DNA of 64,000 nucleotides. It comes from Alphaproteobacteria bacterium (GTDB lineage: Bacteria > Pseudomonadota > Alphaproteobacteria > SP197). Every line of letters starts with the position of its first letter. Within the stretch, counting starts at the first letter, position 1. The notes below the pieces were generated by a model. The model saw only the letters and a list, made by a program, of their open reading frames with translations, was not told the origin of the DNA and ran no database searches. The DNA lies in assembly GCA_964291265.2 (NCBI GenBank), contig OZ219747.1, positions 2,688,001 through 2,752,000 of the forward strand. The letters are read 5' to 3'. Both the position numbers and the translations under genes were made by a program. Below are positions 41,038 to 51,430 of this stretch, piece after piece.

Positions 41038-41942
41038 GGGAGGGCGCCGGGGTTCTCCCCGGTTCGATTGACGAGACCGTTCGCCTTCTCGAGTCCGAAG
41101 ACTACGTCACGGGACGCGGACTTGCCTGCGCCATCTACCTGGCGCTGGCCATGGAAAGACCGCTCTTTCTCGAAGGCGAGGCCGGTGTCGGCAAGACGGA
41201 GACGGCGAAGGTGCTGGCCAGCGCGCTCGGCCGCCGGCTGATCCGCCTGCAGTGCTACGAAGGCCTCGATGTCGCCCAGGCGGTCTATGAGTGGAACTAT
41301 CCGCGCCAGATGGTGGAGATCCGTCTGGCCGAGGCGGCCGGGGCGGTTGATCGCGATGCGGTCTCCGGTACGATCTATCGTGACGAATTCCTGATCAGCC
41401 GGCCCGTTCTGGAGGCGTTGCGCCCTCACGATGAAGGACCGCCTGTCCTTCTCATCGACGAGATCGACCGCACGGACGAACCTTTCGAAGCCTACCTGCT
41501 GGAGGTGCTGTCCGACTGGCAGGTCAGCATCCCCGAACTGGGAACCGTGGCGGCCGGCCAGCCACCGATCGTCATCATCACCTCCAACAGGACGCGCGAG
41601 GTGCATGACGCACTCAAGCGCCGCTGCTTCTACCACTGGGTCGATTATCCTTCGCCCGAGCGCGAGATCGAGATCGTGGAACGCAAGGTGCCCGGATGCG
41701 CGGACCGGATCGGGGCCGAAATCGTCGGGTTCGTCCAGACCCTCCGCCGCCGGAATCTCTACAAGACTCCCGGGGTCGCGGAGACCCTCGACTGGGCGAT
41801 GGCTCTCGAGCACTTCAACGCGTGGTCACTGGAGACGGAGGTTGTCGACAGCTCGCTCGGCGTTCTGCTCAAGCACCGTGATGACATCCGGGCGATCAGG
41901 GACTCCGGCATTGACGTGCTTCTGAAGGAAGCCGGCGCGTGA
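41022..41942 (+). CDS. coxD: MoxR-type AAA+ ATPase (CoxD-like)
   Basis: LEGEAGVGKT, RLQCYEGLD, LLIDEIDR, TSNRTREVHDALKRRC. Confidence 0.9.
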   Translation: MRQHVREGAGVLPGSIDETVRLLESEDYVTGRGLACAIYLALAMERPLFLEGEAGVGKTETAKVLASALGRRLIRLQCYEGLDVAQAVYEWNYPRQMVEIRLAEAAGAVDRDAVSGTIYRDEFLISRPVLEALRPHDEGPPVLLIDEIDRTDEPFEAYLLEVLSDWQVSIPELGTVAAGQPPIVIITSNRTREVHDALKRRCFYHWVDYPSPEREIEIVERKVPGCADRIGAEIVGFVQTLRRRNLYKTPGVAETLDWAMALEHFNAWSLETEVVDSSLGVLLKHRDDIRAIRDSGIDVLLKEAGA

Positions 41943-43123
41943 GTGCACTCCTGGCGAACGTGGTGCGCTTTGCCGGCTCCCTGCGTGCCGCCGGTCTGGC
42001 GGCGGGACCGGACAAGGCGCCCGACGCCATACGGGCCCTGGACCTGGCAGGCGTCGCCCGGCGCGAGGATGTCTTCTGGATGTGGCATGCCATCTTCGTT
42101 TCCAATGCGCGGGAAAGCGAGGTCTTTGCCAGGATCTTTCGCCGCTTCTGGTCGGGGGAACCCGCTGGCGGAAACTTCATGCAGGAATCCGTCGTCGAGG
42201 CCGGCGCCACGACCCCGGGCCTGCCGGACGGCGCCAGGCAGGATGGAACTCGCGGTCCGCAAGGTGGTGGTGAGGGAACCTGGTCTCCCGCCGAAGCACT
42301 GCGCACCATGGACTTTGCCGACATGGACGAAGACGAGATGGCGCGGGCCCGCCGGGCGGTGTCGCAGATGTCGGTTGCTCTCGCCCCGCTTGTCGGCCGC
42401 CGCTTCAGGTCCTCGCCATCCGGCCGTCGCATCGATCTGAGGGCGGCGCTGCAGGGGAGCGTCCGCCAACCGGGCGGCGTGGTCACGTGGCCACGCGTCC
42501 GGCGGGTCGACAAGACCCCCGGAGTGGTGCTGTTGTGCGACATCTCGGGCTCCATGATCGACTATGCCCGCATGCTGATCTGTTTCGCCCATGCCCTGTC
42601 GGCGCATGGCCGCAAGGCAGGCACCCGCCGATGGACTGTCGGTGCGATGAGGGTCCAGACCTTCACGTTTGGCACCCGTCTCACCCGCGTCACAAGCGAT
42701 CTGGCGACGCCGGATGCAGCGGCGGGCCTGCGCGCCGTTGCCGAGAGTGTGGAAGACTGGTCCGGCGGCACCCGCATCGGCGAGTGCCTGGGGACCTTCA
42801 ATCGCGGCTGGGGCCGTCGTCTTCCCGGCCAGGGTACCATCGTCATCCTGGTCACCGACGGGCTTGACCGCGATGCCGGCGGCAATCTCGGCCGCGAGGT
42901 GGCGATGCTCAGGCGTTCGTGCCGGACTCTCGTGTGGCTCAATCCCCTGCTGCGATGGCGTGAATTCCGTCCCCGCACATGGGGGATCCGCACGATGCTG
43001 CCGCATGTCGACAGATTCCTTCCATGCCATAATCTTGCGAGTCTCGAAGGTCTGGCGGAGAGTCTCGCCAGACCGGGACGCGGATCGGCGGAGGACATGG
43101 AAGGATGGCGGAGACAGGTCTGA
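41939..43123 (+). CDS. coxE: VWA-domain CoxE-like protein
   Basis: LCDISGSM, FGTRLT, WSGGTRIG, TDGLD, WLNPL. Confidence 0.9.
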   Translation: MSALLANVVRFAGSLRAAGLAAGPDKAPDAIRALDLAGVARREDVFWMWHAIFVSNARESEVFARIFRRFWSGEPAGGNFMQESVVEAGATTPGLPDGARQDGTRGPQGGGEGTWSPAEALRTMDFADMDEDEMARARRAVSQMSVALAPLVGRRFRSSPSGRRIDLRAALQGSVRQPGGVVTWPRVRRVDKTPGVVLLCDISGSMIDYARMLICFAHALSAHGRKAGTRRWTVGAMRVQTFTFGTRLTRVTSDLATPDAAAGLRAVAESVEDWSGGTRIGECLGTFNRGWGRRLPGQGTIVILVTDGLDRDAGGNLGREVAMLRRSCRTLVWLNPLLRWREFRPRTWGIRTMLPHVDRFLPCHNLASLEGLAESLARPGRGSAEDMEGWRRQV

Positions 43124-43434
43124 TGGAGGATGTCCTGGAGACGGCCGAGGCCTGGTCCGGCGACGGCTACCAGGTTGCGCTGGCCACCGTGACCAGGACC
43201 TGGGGGTCAAGTCCCCGTCCAGTGGGGAGTCAGCTCGTGGTGCGCCAGGACGGCTCCTTCCGGGGCTCCGTGTCGGGAGGCTGCATCGAGGCCGCTGTCG
43301 TCGCCGGAGCACGCGAAGCGATGGCGGACGGGAAGGTGCGCACCCTGGAGTTTACCGTCTCCAACGAACGTGCCTGGGAAGTGGGGCTGACCTGCGGAGG
43401 CACCGTGCAGGTCCTCGTTGCGCCACTGACATGA
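43123..43434 (+). CDS. XdhC/CoxF family, N-terminal half
   Basis: ALATV..TWGSSPRPVG, GSVSGGCIE, GLTCGG. Confidence 0.9.
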   Translation: MEDVLETAEAWSGDGYQVALATVTRTWGSSPRPVGSQLVVRQDGSFRGSVSGGCIEAAVVAGAREAMADGKVRTLEFTVSNERAWEVGLTCGGTVQVLVAPLT

Positions 43435-44117
43435 AGGGTGAGACGCTGAGGACTCTCAACCAGGTCCGAAGGAAGCGGGAGGGCATCATCCACGCGACCT
43501 GGCTCGATACTGGCGAGTCATGGCTGATCCGCCGCGATGCCCCTCCTGATGATGCCGCCCTGGCGCAGGACATTGCCCAGGCGTTCCGGCTCGATCAGTC
43601 CCGGACGCTGGATGTGAAGGGCCGACCCCTCTTTCTGCATGTCTTCAATCCGCCGGTACGGTTGATCATCGTCGGCGCCGTTCATGTCGCGCAGCCGCTG
43701 GCCGTCCTTGCCAGGACAACGGGCATCGACCCGGTGATCGTCGATCCCCGCAGCGCCTGGGCCGATGCCCGGCGATTTCCCGATGTCCGCCTGATCGAGG
43801 CCTGGCCGGATGATGCACTGGCCCGGCTGCATCCGGACCACCGCACGGCAGTGGCGGCACTGACTCACGATCCCCGAATTGATGATCCGGCGCTGATCGC
43901 CACGCTCGGGACGCCGGCCTTCTACATCGGAGCCCTGGGCAGCCGGCGCAGCCACGCAAGACGCCTGGAGCGCCTTGCGGACGAGGGAATTGACGGTCTT
44001 GCCATGGCGCGGATTCACGGACCCGTCGGTCTCGACATCGGGGCGCGTTCGGCGGAGGAGATCGCGCTCTCGATCATGGCGGAAGTCATTGCCGCCCGGA
44101 ACGGAAGACTGCCGTGA
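43431..44117 (+). CDS. XdhC/CoxF family, C-terminal Rossmann half
   Basis: IVGAVHVA, LTHDPRIDD, YIGALGSRR, HGPVGLDIGA. Confidence 0.9.
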   Translation: MKGETLRTLNQVRRKREGIIHATWLDTGESWLIRRDAPPDDAALAQDIAQAFRLDQSRTLDVKGRPLFLHVFNPPVRLIIVGAVHVAQPLAVLARTTGIDPVIVDPRSAWADARRFPDVRLIEAWPDDALARLHPDHRTAVAALTHDPRIDDPALIATLGTPAFYIGALGSRRSHARRLERLADEGIDGLAMARIHGPVGLDIGARSAEEIALSIMAEVIAARNGRLP

Positions 44118-45739
44118 CGTTCGCAGACCTAGCGGTGCGTGACGCCGTGGGCGGCATTCTTGCCCACAGCCTCAGGATTGAAGGGCTTTCCGTGAGGAAG
44201 GGGCGCCGCCTTGACGAGGCGCTCGCCGGCGAACTCGTGGCAGCTGGCGTCACGTCGCTGTTCGTCGCCATGCCCGACATCGACGATGTCATGGAGAATG
44301 AAGCGGCCACCAGGGTGGCCCAGGCTCTCGCAGGACCCCGTCTGCTGGTGCAGCCCGCCTCGAGGGGGCGGGTCGACATCGTTGCCCGGGAGGCGGGCCT
44401 TGTCACGGTCGACATCGTTGCGCTGCAGGCCGTGAACCGCGTCGACGAAGCGGTGACGATTGCCACCCTGCCGGGATTCGAGCCGGTCGGCGCGGGCGAG
44501 AGAGTGGCGACCACCAAGATCATCCCCTTCGCCGTGCCGTCGGCCACCGTGGCGGCGTGCGTTGACCTGATGGAAGCGCCGGCACTGTCGGTCGCCCCCT
44601 TCAGCGCCTGGCGCACGGGTCTCGTCATGACCACGTCGCCGGCAGTGACGCCGCGGGTTCTCGATCGCACCACGAACGTGGTGACCGCGAGAATCGAGGG
44701 TTTCGGTCTGAGTCCGGGCGACTGTGTCAGGACCCCGCACCGGACACCGGATCTCGCTGACACCATCACCCGCATGGCCGAGAACCACGATATCGTTCTC
44801 GTCTGCGGCGCCTCTGCCATCTCGGACCGCAGGGATGTCATCCCGGCTGCGATCGAGTCCGCGGGCGGCGTCTTCGATCACCTCGGCATGCCCGTTGATC
44901 CAGGCAATCTCCTGCTTCTCGCCCACATCGGCAGCACTCGCGTTCTCGGACTGCCGGGGTGCGTCAGGTCACCGCAGCCCAATGGACTTGATCTCGTTCT
45001 GGGGCGTCTTGCCGCAGGCATCCGCGTGACCGGCACGGACATCCAGGCCATGGGCGTCGGCGGTCTTCTCAGGGGACGGTCGTCGGGTGTCCTTCCCGTG
45101 GCGGGGAGTCGCAGGGAGATGCCGGCGGCCATCGTCCTGGCAGCCGGCCGCAGCCGGCGCATGGGCAGGCGCAACAAGCTCCTGTTGACGATCGATGGTG
45201 TGCCCATGGTCCGCCACGTGGTGAACGCCCTTGGTTCGGCCGGAATCACGGTCATCCGGGTGGTGACCGGCCACCAGGCCGCCTCCGTGCGTGCAGCCCT
45301 GGAGGGTTGCCCCGTCTCGTTTGTCGACAACAACGACCATGAGGCCGGGCTCAGCACGTCACTGAAGGCGGGGCTCGATGCGCTCCCCACCTCCTGTGAT
45401 GCGGCATTCGTCTGCCTGGGCGACATGCCGGCGGTGAGCGGGACGGCGCTCGGTTCCCTTGCCCGTGCATGGCAGGGGTCCGAAGCCAAGGCGATCGTCG
45501 TGCCGACGTGGAATGGCCGCCGCGGCAACCCCGTCCTGTGGGACAGCAGTTTCTTCCAGGCGATGCGCAGGGTGACGGGCGATGCCGGCGCCAGGCACCT
45601 GATCGGCGAGTACGCAGACCACGTGATCGAGGTCGCGATGGACGACGGCGCCGTCCTGGTGGACATCGACACGCCGCAGGACGCGGACAGCATCATCATG
45701 GCCGGTTGTCCGGCAGCCCTTGAGACACGCGAACGATGA
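44114..45739 (+). CDS. Molybdopterin-binding domain fused to a MocA/MobA-like nucleotidyltransferase
   Basis: GMPVDPGNLL, GLPGC.RSP; IVLAAGRSRRMG..NKLL, LGDMP, GNPVLW, GDAGAR, DIDTP. Confidence 0.9.
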   Translation: MTFADLAVRDAVGGILAHSLRIEGLSVRKGRRLDEALAGELVAAGVTSLFVAMPDIDDVMENEAATRVAQALAGPRLLVQPASRGRVDIVAREAGLVTVDIVALQAVNRVDEAVTIATLPGFEPVGAGERVATTKIIPFAVPSATVAACVDLMEAPALSVAPFSAWRTGLVMTTSPAVTPRVLDRTTNVVTARIEGFGLSPGDCVRTPHRTPDLADTITRMAENHDIVLVCGASAISDRRDVIPAAIESAGGVFDHLGMPVDPGNLLLLAHIGSTRVLGLPGCVRSPQPNGLDLVLGRLAAGIRVTGTDIQAMGVGGLLRGRSSGVLPVAGSRREMPAAIVLAAGRSRRMGRRNKLLLTIDGVPMVRHVVNALGSAGITVIRVVTGHQAASVRAALEGCPVSFVDNNDHEAGLSTSLKAGLDALPTSCDAAFVCLGDMPAVSGTALGSLARAWQGSEAKAIVVPTWNGRRGNPVLWDSSFFQAMRRVTGDAGARHLIGEYADHVIEVAMDDGAVLVDIDTPQDADSIIMAGCPAALETRER

Positions 45740-46965
45740 GCGTGACGATCGATTCCATCAGCCGGGCCTCGAGGGTGATCGCGGGGCATGTCGTCAGGAC
45801 TCCCTGTGTCCATTCGCGCACGTTGTCGACCATGAGCGGGGCCGATGTCTTCGTGAAGTTCGAGAATCACCAGTTCACGGCGTCCTTCAAGGACCGTGGC
45901 GCCCTGGTGAAGATCGCTTCTCTCGGAGACGAGGAGCGTTGCCGCGGAGTTATCGCGATGTCAGCCGGCAACCACGCCCAGGCCGTCGCCTACCATGCCC
46001 GACGCCTGGGCATTCCGGCGACCATCGTCATGCCCGAAGGGGCTTCGGTGGTGAAGGTCCGGAACACCGAGCGCCTCGGCGCCCGGGTCGTTCTGACAGG
46101 TGAGACCATCGACGATGCGGCCGTGTTCGCTCATCTGATGGCGGCCGACGAGAATCTCGTCTTTGTCCATCCCTACCATGATGATCACGTCATGGCAGGG
46201 CAGGGCACCCTCGCCCTCGAGATGCTCGAGGATGCGCCGGACCTCGATGTCATCATTGTCCCCATCGGTGGCGGCGGGCTGATCGGAGGCATCGCCATTG
46301 CCGCCAGAGCCGTCCGTCCGGACGTGGAAATCGTCGGTGTCGAAGCCGAGATGTTCCCCTCGATGTACCAGCAGCTCCGGGGACTGGAGGTGAAGGCGGA
46401 AGGCCGCACCATCGCTGACGGCATCGCGGTGAAGACGCCCGGAAAGAACGCCATTCCGATTGTCCGGGATCTCGTGTCGGACATCGTCCTGGTGAGCGAA
46501 AGCCAGCTGGAACACGCCGTCCAGACCTATCTGGAAATCGAGAAGACGGTGGCGGAAGGCGGAGGTGCGGCGTCGCTTGCCTGCCTTCTCGCCTGTCCCG
46601 AACGCTTCCGCGGGCGCAAGGTGGGTCTTGTGCTGTCGGGGGGCAATATCGACAGCAGGGTGCTGTCGATGGTGATCGAGCACGGACTCGTGCGTGACGG
46701 CCGCATGGTCCGTCTTGGCCTGGAAATTCCCGATGCGCCGGGTGTGTTGGCCAGGGTGAGCTCCATCATCGGTGAAACCGGAGCGAACATCATCGAAGTG
46801 CACCACCAGCGGGCATTCTCGAGTCTTTCGGTCAAGCTCGCCGATCTCGACATCGTTCTCGAAACCCTCGACCGGGACCACATCGGACGGATTGCAGCAC
46901 GCCTGCGGGAGGCCGGATTCCGCGTCCAGCCCGCCGAACCCGTCTCCGCCCGCAGAACGGTCTGA
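45736..46965 (+). CDS. ilvA: Threonine ammonia-lyase with C-terminal ACT domain
   Basis: KFENHQFTASFKDRGA, SAGNHAQ, PIGGGGL, SGGNID, DAPGVL. Confidence 0.9.
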   Translation: MSVTIDSISRASRVIAGHVVRTPCVHSRTLSTMSGADVFVKFENHQFTASFKDRGALVKIASLGDEERCRGVIAMSAGNHAQAVAYHARRLGIPATIVMPEGASVVKVRNTERLGARVVLTGETIDDAAVFAHLMAADENLVFVHPYHDDHVMAGQGTLALEMLEDAPDLDVIIVPIGGGGLIGGIAIAARAVRPDVEIVGVEAEMFPSMYQQLRGLEVKAEGRTIADGIAVKTPGKNAIPIVRDLVSDIVLVSESQLEHAVQTYLEIEKTVAEGGGAASLACLLACPERFRGRKVGLVLSGGNIDSRVLSMVIEHGLVRDGRMVRLGLEIPDAPGVLARVSSIIGETGANIIEVHHQRAFSSLSVKLADLDIVLETLDRDHIGRIAARLREAGFRVQPAEPVSARRTV

Positions 46966-47002
46966 CACGCCGCGCCGCACCTGTGGTGCCACGTTCCCTC
47001 AG

Positions 47003-47333
47003 GCGGCGTCTTTGCCGTCGCCCCGGGTGGATGCTGGATCGGCATCGAAAGAGAGCGATGCGGCGCCGGGCAGAGTTGTGACGACGCCCCCGGCACCGCA
47101 CCCGGACGAGCCGGTCACGGGGGACCGAACTCCCGTGTATTGTCAGGCAGTTTCGCGTCCGGGTCCACCCCCGCTCCCGAAACGGAGGTGTGCCGCGGAG
47201 GCTCCTGTACGACAACCTGAAGAGCGCCGTGGTGACGCGCCGCGGCAAGGCGGTCACCTAGATGCTGCTCGTCCTCGCGGCCCCCTGAGCCTTCGAACCG
47301 AGCGCCGCCTGGCCCAGGAGCCCACAGGAGAAA
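47003..47333 (+). mobile_element. Internally deleted relic of the IS21 element: leader joined to an istA fragment
   Basis: 47003-47186 matches the reverse complement of ~4295-4480; 47187-47333 matches istA ~3097-3250 (GVPRRLLYDNLKSAVVTRRGKAVT) with small deletions. Confidence 0.85.
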
Positions 47334-47678
47334 GCGGCGAGTGTCAGCAGAAGAGCGGCAGCGAGTCCCGCCTTCAGGCGGTGGGCGGTTCTCTCGAGGG
47401 CGCCCACCGGCTCAGTTCCGCGCCCTGACTCTGGGGGGAGGATTTGGAGAGTGCGCGCGCACGTGAGGCGCTCATGCTCCGCCCGGAGAGCCGCCGGTCA
47501 TGCCCCGTCATGATGCTCATCTTCCCGTCCCCGAATTCCACGCCGTCGTCCCCGCAGGGCCGCAACAAACCCGTCAGTGAAATCCGTAACCCATGCAACG
47601 GATGGCGGTAACACACGTGCCTGTCGCATGGTCGGTGCGGCGCTTCTCGCATGGTTCTGGCGCCGCGCGGGAGGTGCG

Positions 47679-49979
47679 TCAGCCAACGAAGTCGAAGTCG
47701 GCCTCGGTCAGTTGCGACGCCTGAATGCCCACCACGGTCACAGTCCCCAAGGACCAGGTGATGACGGCGCCGCTGTCGGACTGCCGGATATCGAGGTCGT
47801 CGAAGCCGAGCTCCGAGTCGACCGTGTAGAAGTCGATGCGGTCCGTCCTGTCTTCGAAGTCGAGGATCGTGTCGTCGCCGCCCTTCGTGAATCCGAACGC
47901 GTCGAATCCCGTGCGGCCCCGGAGCATGTCGTCGCCCGTGGTGTCGACCATCAACCAGTCGGGCAGGCCGAAGAAGTTGAAATCGTCTTCGGTCAGTTGC
48001 GACGTCTGGATCCCTTCCAGGGTGATGGTCCCCAGGGACCAGTTGATGGCAGCGCCGCTGTCGGACTGCCAGATCTCGAGGTCATCGAAGCCGAGTTCCC
48101 CGTCGACCGAGTGGAAGTTGAGGCGGTCCGTCCCGTCCTCGAAGTCGAGGATCGTGTCGTCGCTGCCATCCTCGAATCCCCACTCGCCGTAGTAGCCCTT
48201 CTCGAAGAACCCGAACTGATCGGCACCCTCTCCTCCCCGAAGCGTGTCAACCCCCAAGCCACCCGAGAGAAAATCGTTGCCCTTGCCGCCTTCCAGCGTG
48301 TCGTTGCCGTCACGACCGGTCAGAAAGTCGTCGCCGTCCCCGCCCCGGAGCTCATCGTCGCCCGAGTTGCCGCGGAGGAGGTCGTTGCCTGCGCCGCCAT
48401 GGATGATGTCATCGCCTTTTCGCCCGTAGAGCTTGTCGTTGCCCTCGTTGCCGTAGATCGTGTCGTCGCAGGCGGTGCCGAAGAGCCAATCGCGCCCCGC
48501 GCCGCCATGAATGGTCTCGCCGCAGTCCTCGACGTCGAGCGTCCCATCGCCTGAAGTGCCCGGGACCGTGTCCTCGTCGCCGCCGCCGTCGTTGTCGTTG
48601 TCGAGGGGGTTGCCGCCGTCGTTGTCGTCGTCGAGGGGGTTGCCGCCGTCATTGTCGTCGTCGCTCGTACTGGCGCCGTACACGACCGTTTCACCGCCGC
48701 CACCGCCAGCAGGCAGGATGAAGTCGTCCGCGTCCAGGCCGCCCACCGACACACCCGACAGCCTGATCGTGTCGCCGCTGTCGCCATAACCGACGACGGC
48801 GTCGTCGCCGTCCTGCTCGATGATCAGCGCCTCAAACCCGCCGGATACGCCATCCAGGCGAATCCTGTCGCCACCCCCGAAGTCGGTAATGGTGTCGGCC
48901 CCGTCTCCCGCCGCGAACACGAAGGTGTCGCTGCCCTTGCCGCCAGCCAGCGTGTCGTCGCCGGCCCCGCCGGTCAGCGTGTCGGCGCCCCTGGCGCCAC
49001 GCAGGGTGTCGTCGCCAGCTCCGCCCATCAGCGTGTCATTGCCCTTGCCGCCCCCCAGGGTGTCGTCGCCAGCCCCGCCGGTCAGCGTGTCGGCGCCCAG
49101 GCCGCCATAGAGGAGGTCGTCGCCGGCTCCACCGGTCAGCGTGTCGGCGCCCCCGTAGCCGCGCAGGGTGTCGTCGCCATCACCACCGGTCAGCGTGTCG
49201 GCGTCCTTGCCGCCCTTCAGCACCTCGCCGCCAGCAGGCCCGCCGCTCGAGGCGTCGCCGGACGTGCCCTGCGGCGGTGCACCCTGTGCCAGGGCGTCCG
49301 GCGAGACAGCCTCCTCGCCGCCAGCCTCCGGTGGTGCGGTCCCGGCATCCGGAAACCGGAAGTCGTCCGCGCCCAGGGAGGACGCCGTCACGTTCTCCAG
49401 CGTGATCTTGTCGCCATCACCGTAGCGGATGACGGTATTGGAGCCGTCCTGCTCGATCACCAGGTCCCCGAGGCCGCCGGACACGCCGGCGATCTCGATG
49501 ATGTCGCCGGACTCGAAACCGGTCATGGTGTCGGCCCCGTCCCCCACTGCGAAGGCAAAGACATCGGCCCCCAGGCCACCATAGAGGTAGTCGTTGCCTC
49601 GGCCGCCCGTCAGCCGGTCGTCGCCCTGACCGCCGAACAGGCTGTCGATGCCGTCACCCCCGTCGAGCGTGTCGTCACCGTTGCCGCCATAGAGCGTGTC
49701 CGCCCCGGCGCCGCCGGTGAGCGTGTCGGCGCCCGCGCCGCCGTCCAGCGTGTCGTCGCCCGCACCGCCGTCCAGCGTGTCATCGTCCGAACTGCCGGGG
49801 TTCATGTCGAGAAAGCTCGCGTCGGCGCCCGGGTTTGCGGTTCCGCCCGTCAGCGTGTCGTCCCCGGCGCCGCCGGTGAGGATGTCGTCTCCGAGGCCAC
49901 CGGTCAGCGTGTCGTCGCCGATGCCGCCCGTCAGCGTGTCATCGCCGACGCCGCCGGTCCGGGATATATCCTGTGTCAT
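47679..49979 (-). CDS. RTX (haemolysin-type Ca-binding repeat) protein, probable T1SS substrate
   Basis: Many GGxGDDTLx nonapeptides, repeated DTITDF...ITL.GV....L..DDF modules, no N-terminal signal peptide. Confidence 0.93.
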   Translation of the reverse strand: MTQDISRTGGVGDDTLTGGIGDDTLTGGLGDDILTGGAGDDTLTGGTANPGADASFLDMNPGSSDDDTLDGGAGDDTLDGGAGADTLTGGAGADTLYGGNGDDTLDGGDGIDSLFGGQGDDRLTGGRGNDYLYGGLGADVFAFAVGDGADTMTGFESGDIIEIAGVSGGLGDLVIEQDGSNTVIRYGDGDKITLENVTASSLGADDFRFPDAGTAPPEAGGEEAVSPDALAQGAPPQGTSGDASSGGPAGGEVLKGGKDADTLTGGDGDDTLRGYGGADTLTGGAGDDLLYGGLGADTLTGGAGDDTLGGGKGNDTLMGGAGDDTLRGARGADTLTGGAGDDTLAGGKGSDTFVFAAGDGADTITDFGGGDRIRLDGVSGGFEALIIEQDGDDAVVGYGDSGDTIRLSGVSVGGLDADDFILPAGGGGGETVVYGASTSDDDNDGGNPLDDDNDGGNPLDNDNDGGGDEDTVPGTSGDGTLDVEDCGETIHGGAGRDWLFGTACDDTIYGNEGNDKLYGRKGDDIIHGGAGNDLLRGNSGDDELRGGDGDDFLTGRDGNDTLEGGKGNDFLSGGLGVDTLRGGEGADQFGFFEKGYYGEWGFEDGSDDTILDFEDGTDRLNFHSVDGELGFDDLEIWQSDSGAAINWSLGTITLEGIQTSQLTEDDFNFFGLPDWLMVDTTGDDMLRGRTGFDAFGFTKGGDDTILDFEDRTDRIDFYTVDSELGFDDLDIRQSDSGAVITWSLGTVTVVGIQASQLTEADFDFVG
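48582..48663. repeat. 30-bp in-frame tandem repeat (~2.7 copies, DDDNDGGNPL) inside the RTX gene
   Basis: GCCGCCGTCGTTGTCGTYGTCGAGGGGGTT repeated. Confidence 0.85.
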
Positions 49980-50713
49980 CGCGCCTCTCCCCCCTTGTGG
50001 TCGATCTGCCATGCGGCAGATGAACATGATTCAGTGCCGCAATCCTCTCCCATGACCGCGGCTGGGGCAATGCCCCGGCGGTCACAAGGATGTGAATGTC
50101 CTCGCATCGGAGCCCCATTCAATTCATGCGTCAGACTCAGACATCCTGACCTCGTCCAACGTCAATGAGACGATTTTGTTGTGTTGCGCCGTCGATGTCG
50201 TAGACGATGGTGTGGCATGGGCGGGCTGGAGCGGTAGGGAGGGTGCCATGGGGAGCTAAAATTGGAACATGCGATATTGGACGTATTTATCGCCACATGT
50301 CAAGCAGAATCCGCGCTGAAACAGGCAGAAACACAGGAAAACCGTGGGTTTCCTGAGCGGTGCGATATGCCCCTCAGAAGAGCGGGTCAGGATGTCTGAG
50401 ACTATTCTCAATGCCCCTGAGCACAACGCATTGTCTCTATTCCGCTTCCCTATGTGCCACTACAGTCTCCAAGAGCTCCCTGCAGGTCAACCCGATTTCT
50501 TGCCATGGCCTCTTGTTATGCCCGGAAACATCCTGCATTCAGGCGTCCTTGCATGGGAGGAATGCGACCCCTGTCAGAGAGTGCTCCACCATCGTCAATC
50601 TCACTTCAGATTGACACGCCGCAGGGGCAGATGCCGTGCAAGGGGCATGCGCCGGTCCCGGAATCGGCCATGTCGATCCCATGGAAAGCGTCGACCGTGA
50701 CGGACCGTGCGCC

Positions 50714-51430
50714 ATGAATGACGCCGCGGACCGTTCGTGCCGGAAGGTGATCTGTGTCGTTCACGGCGCGTGGTCGACCACCGGGCGTATCGGTCGTGTC
50801 CTTCGCCAGACGGGCTATGAGGAAGTGCGCTGCTGCCTGAAGACCGGTGATGTTCTCCCCCGGGATTTCCACGATGTTGCCGGCGTCATCGTCTTCGGGG
50901 GCCCGATGAGCGCCAATGATGACGGCACCCTCGACTTCATCGCCGCCGAACTGCGTTGGATCGATCGTGTCCTGGAGGCGAATGTTCCCCTTCTCGGGGT
51001 CTGCCTCGGAGCCCAGATGCTGGCCCGCAGCCTCGGCGCGACCGTGAAGCCGCATGACGACGGCTGGCACGAGATCGGGTTCACGCCCGTGGTCCCCACG
51101 CAGGCCGGACGCCCGGTGCTGCGCGACCTGCGCCAGGTCTACCAGTGGCACGAGGAGGGGTTCGACCTGCCTCGTGACTGCGAGCTCCTTGCGACCAGCC
51201 CGCGCGAACACTTTCCCAACCAGATGTTCTCCTTTCGCACGAATGTCTACGGTGTGCAGTTTCACCCGGAATGCACCATCGACATGATCCGCGAATGGAT
51301 GAAGGAGGGTTCGGAAGAACTCGATGAACGCGGTGCCCAGCAACCCCGCGAACAGCACGCCGCAGCACGCAAGTACGATCACCTGGTCGATGCCTGGCTA
51401 CCCGGTTTCGTCGACCTCTGGCTCGCCTGA
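50714..51430 (+). CDS. Class I glutamine amidotransferase
   Basis: FGGPMSAND, LGVCLGAQML, YQWH, GVQFHPE. Confidence 0.92.
   Translation: MNDAADRSCRKVICVVHGAWSTTGRIGRVLRQTGYEEVRCCLKTGDVLPRDFHDVAGVIVFGGPMSANDDGTLDFIAAELRWIDRVLEANVPLLGVCLGAQMLARSLGATVKPHDDGWHEIGFTPVVPTQAGRPVLRDLRQVYQWHEEGFDLPRDCELLATSPREHFPNQMFSFRTNVYGVQFHPECTIDMIREWMKEGSEELDERGAQQPREQHAAARKYDHLVDAWLPGFVDLWLA

Noticed and set aside
43123-44117. Split xdhC as a frameshift pseudogene
   Set aside because: Both halves have proper starts with an ATGA overlap, and two-gene XdhC is a common arrangement
50050-50110. Hairpins upstream of the RTX gene as a riboswitch
   Set aside because: A GC-rich stem (GCTGGGGC-AAT-GCCCCGGC) is present but matches no aptamer consensus I know
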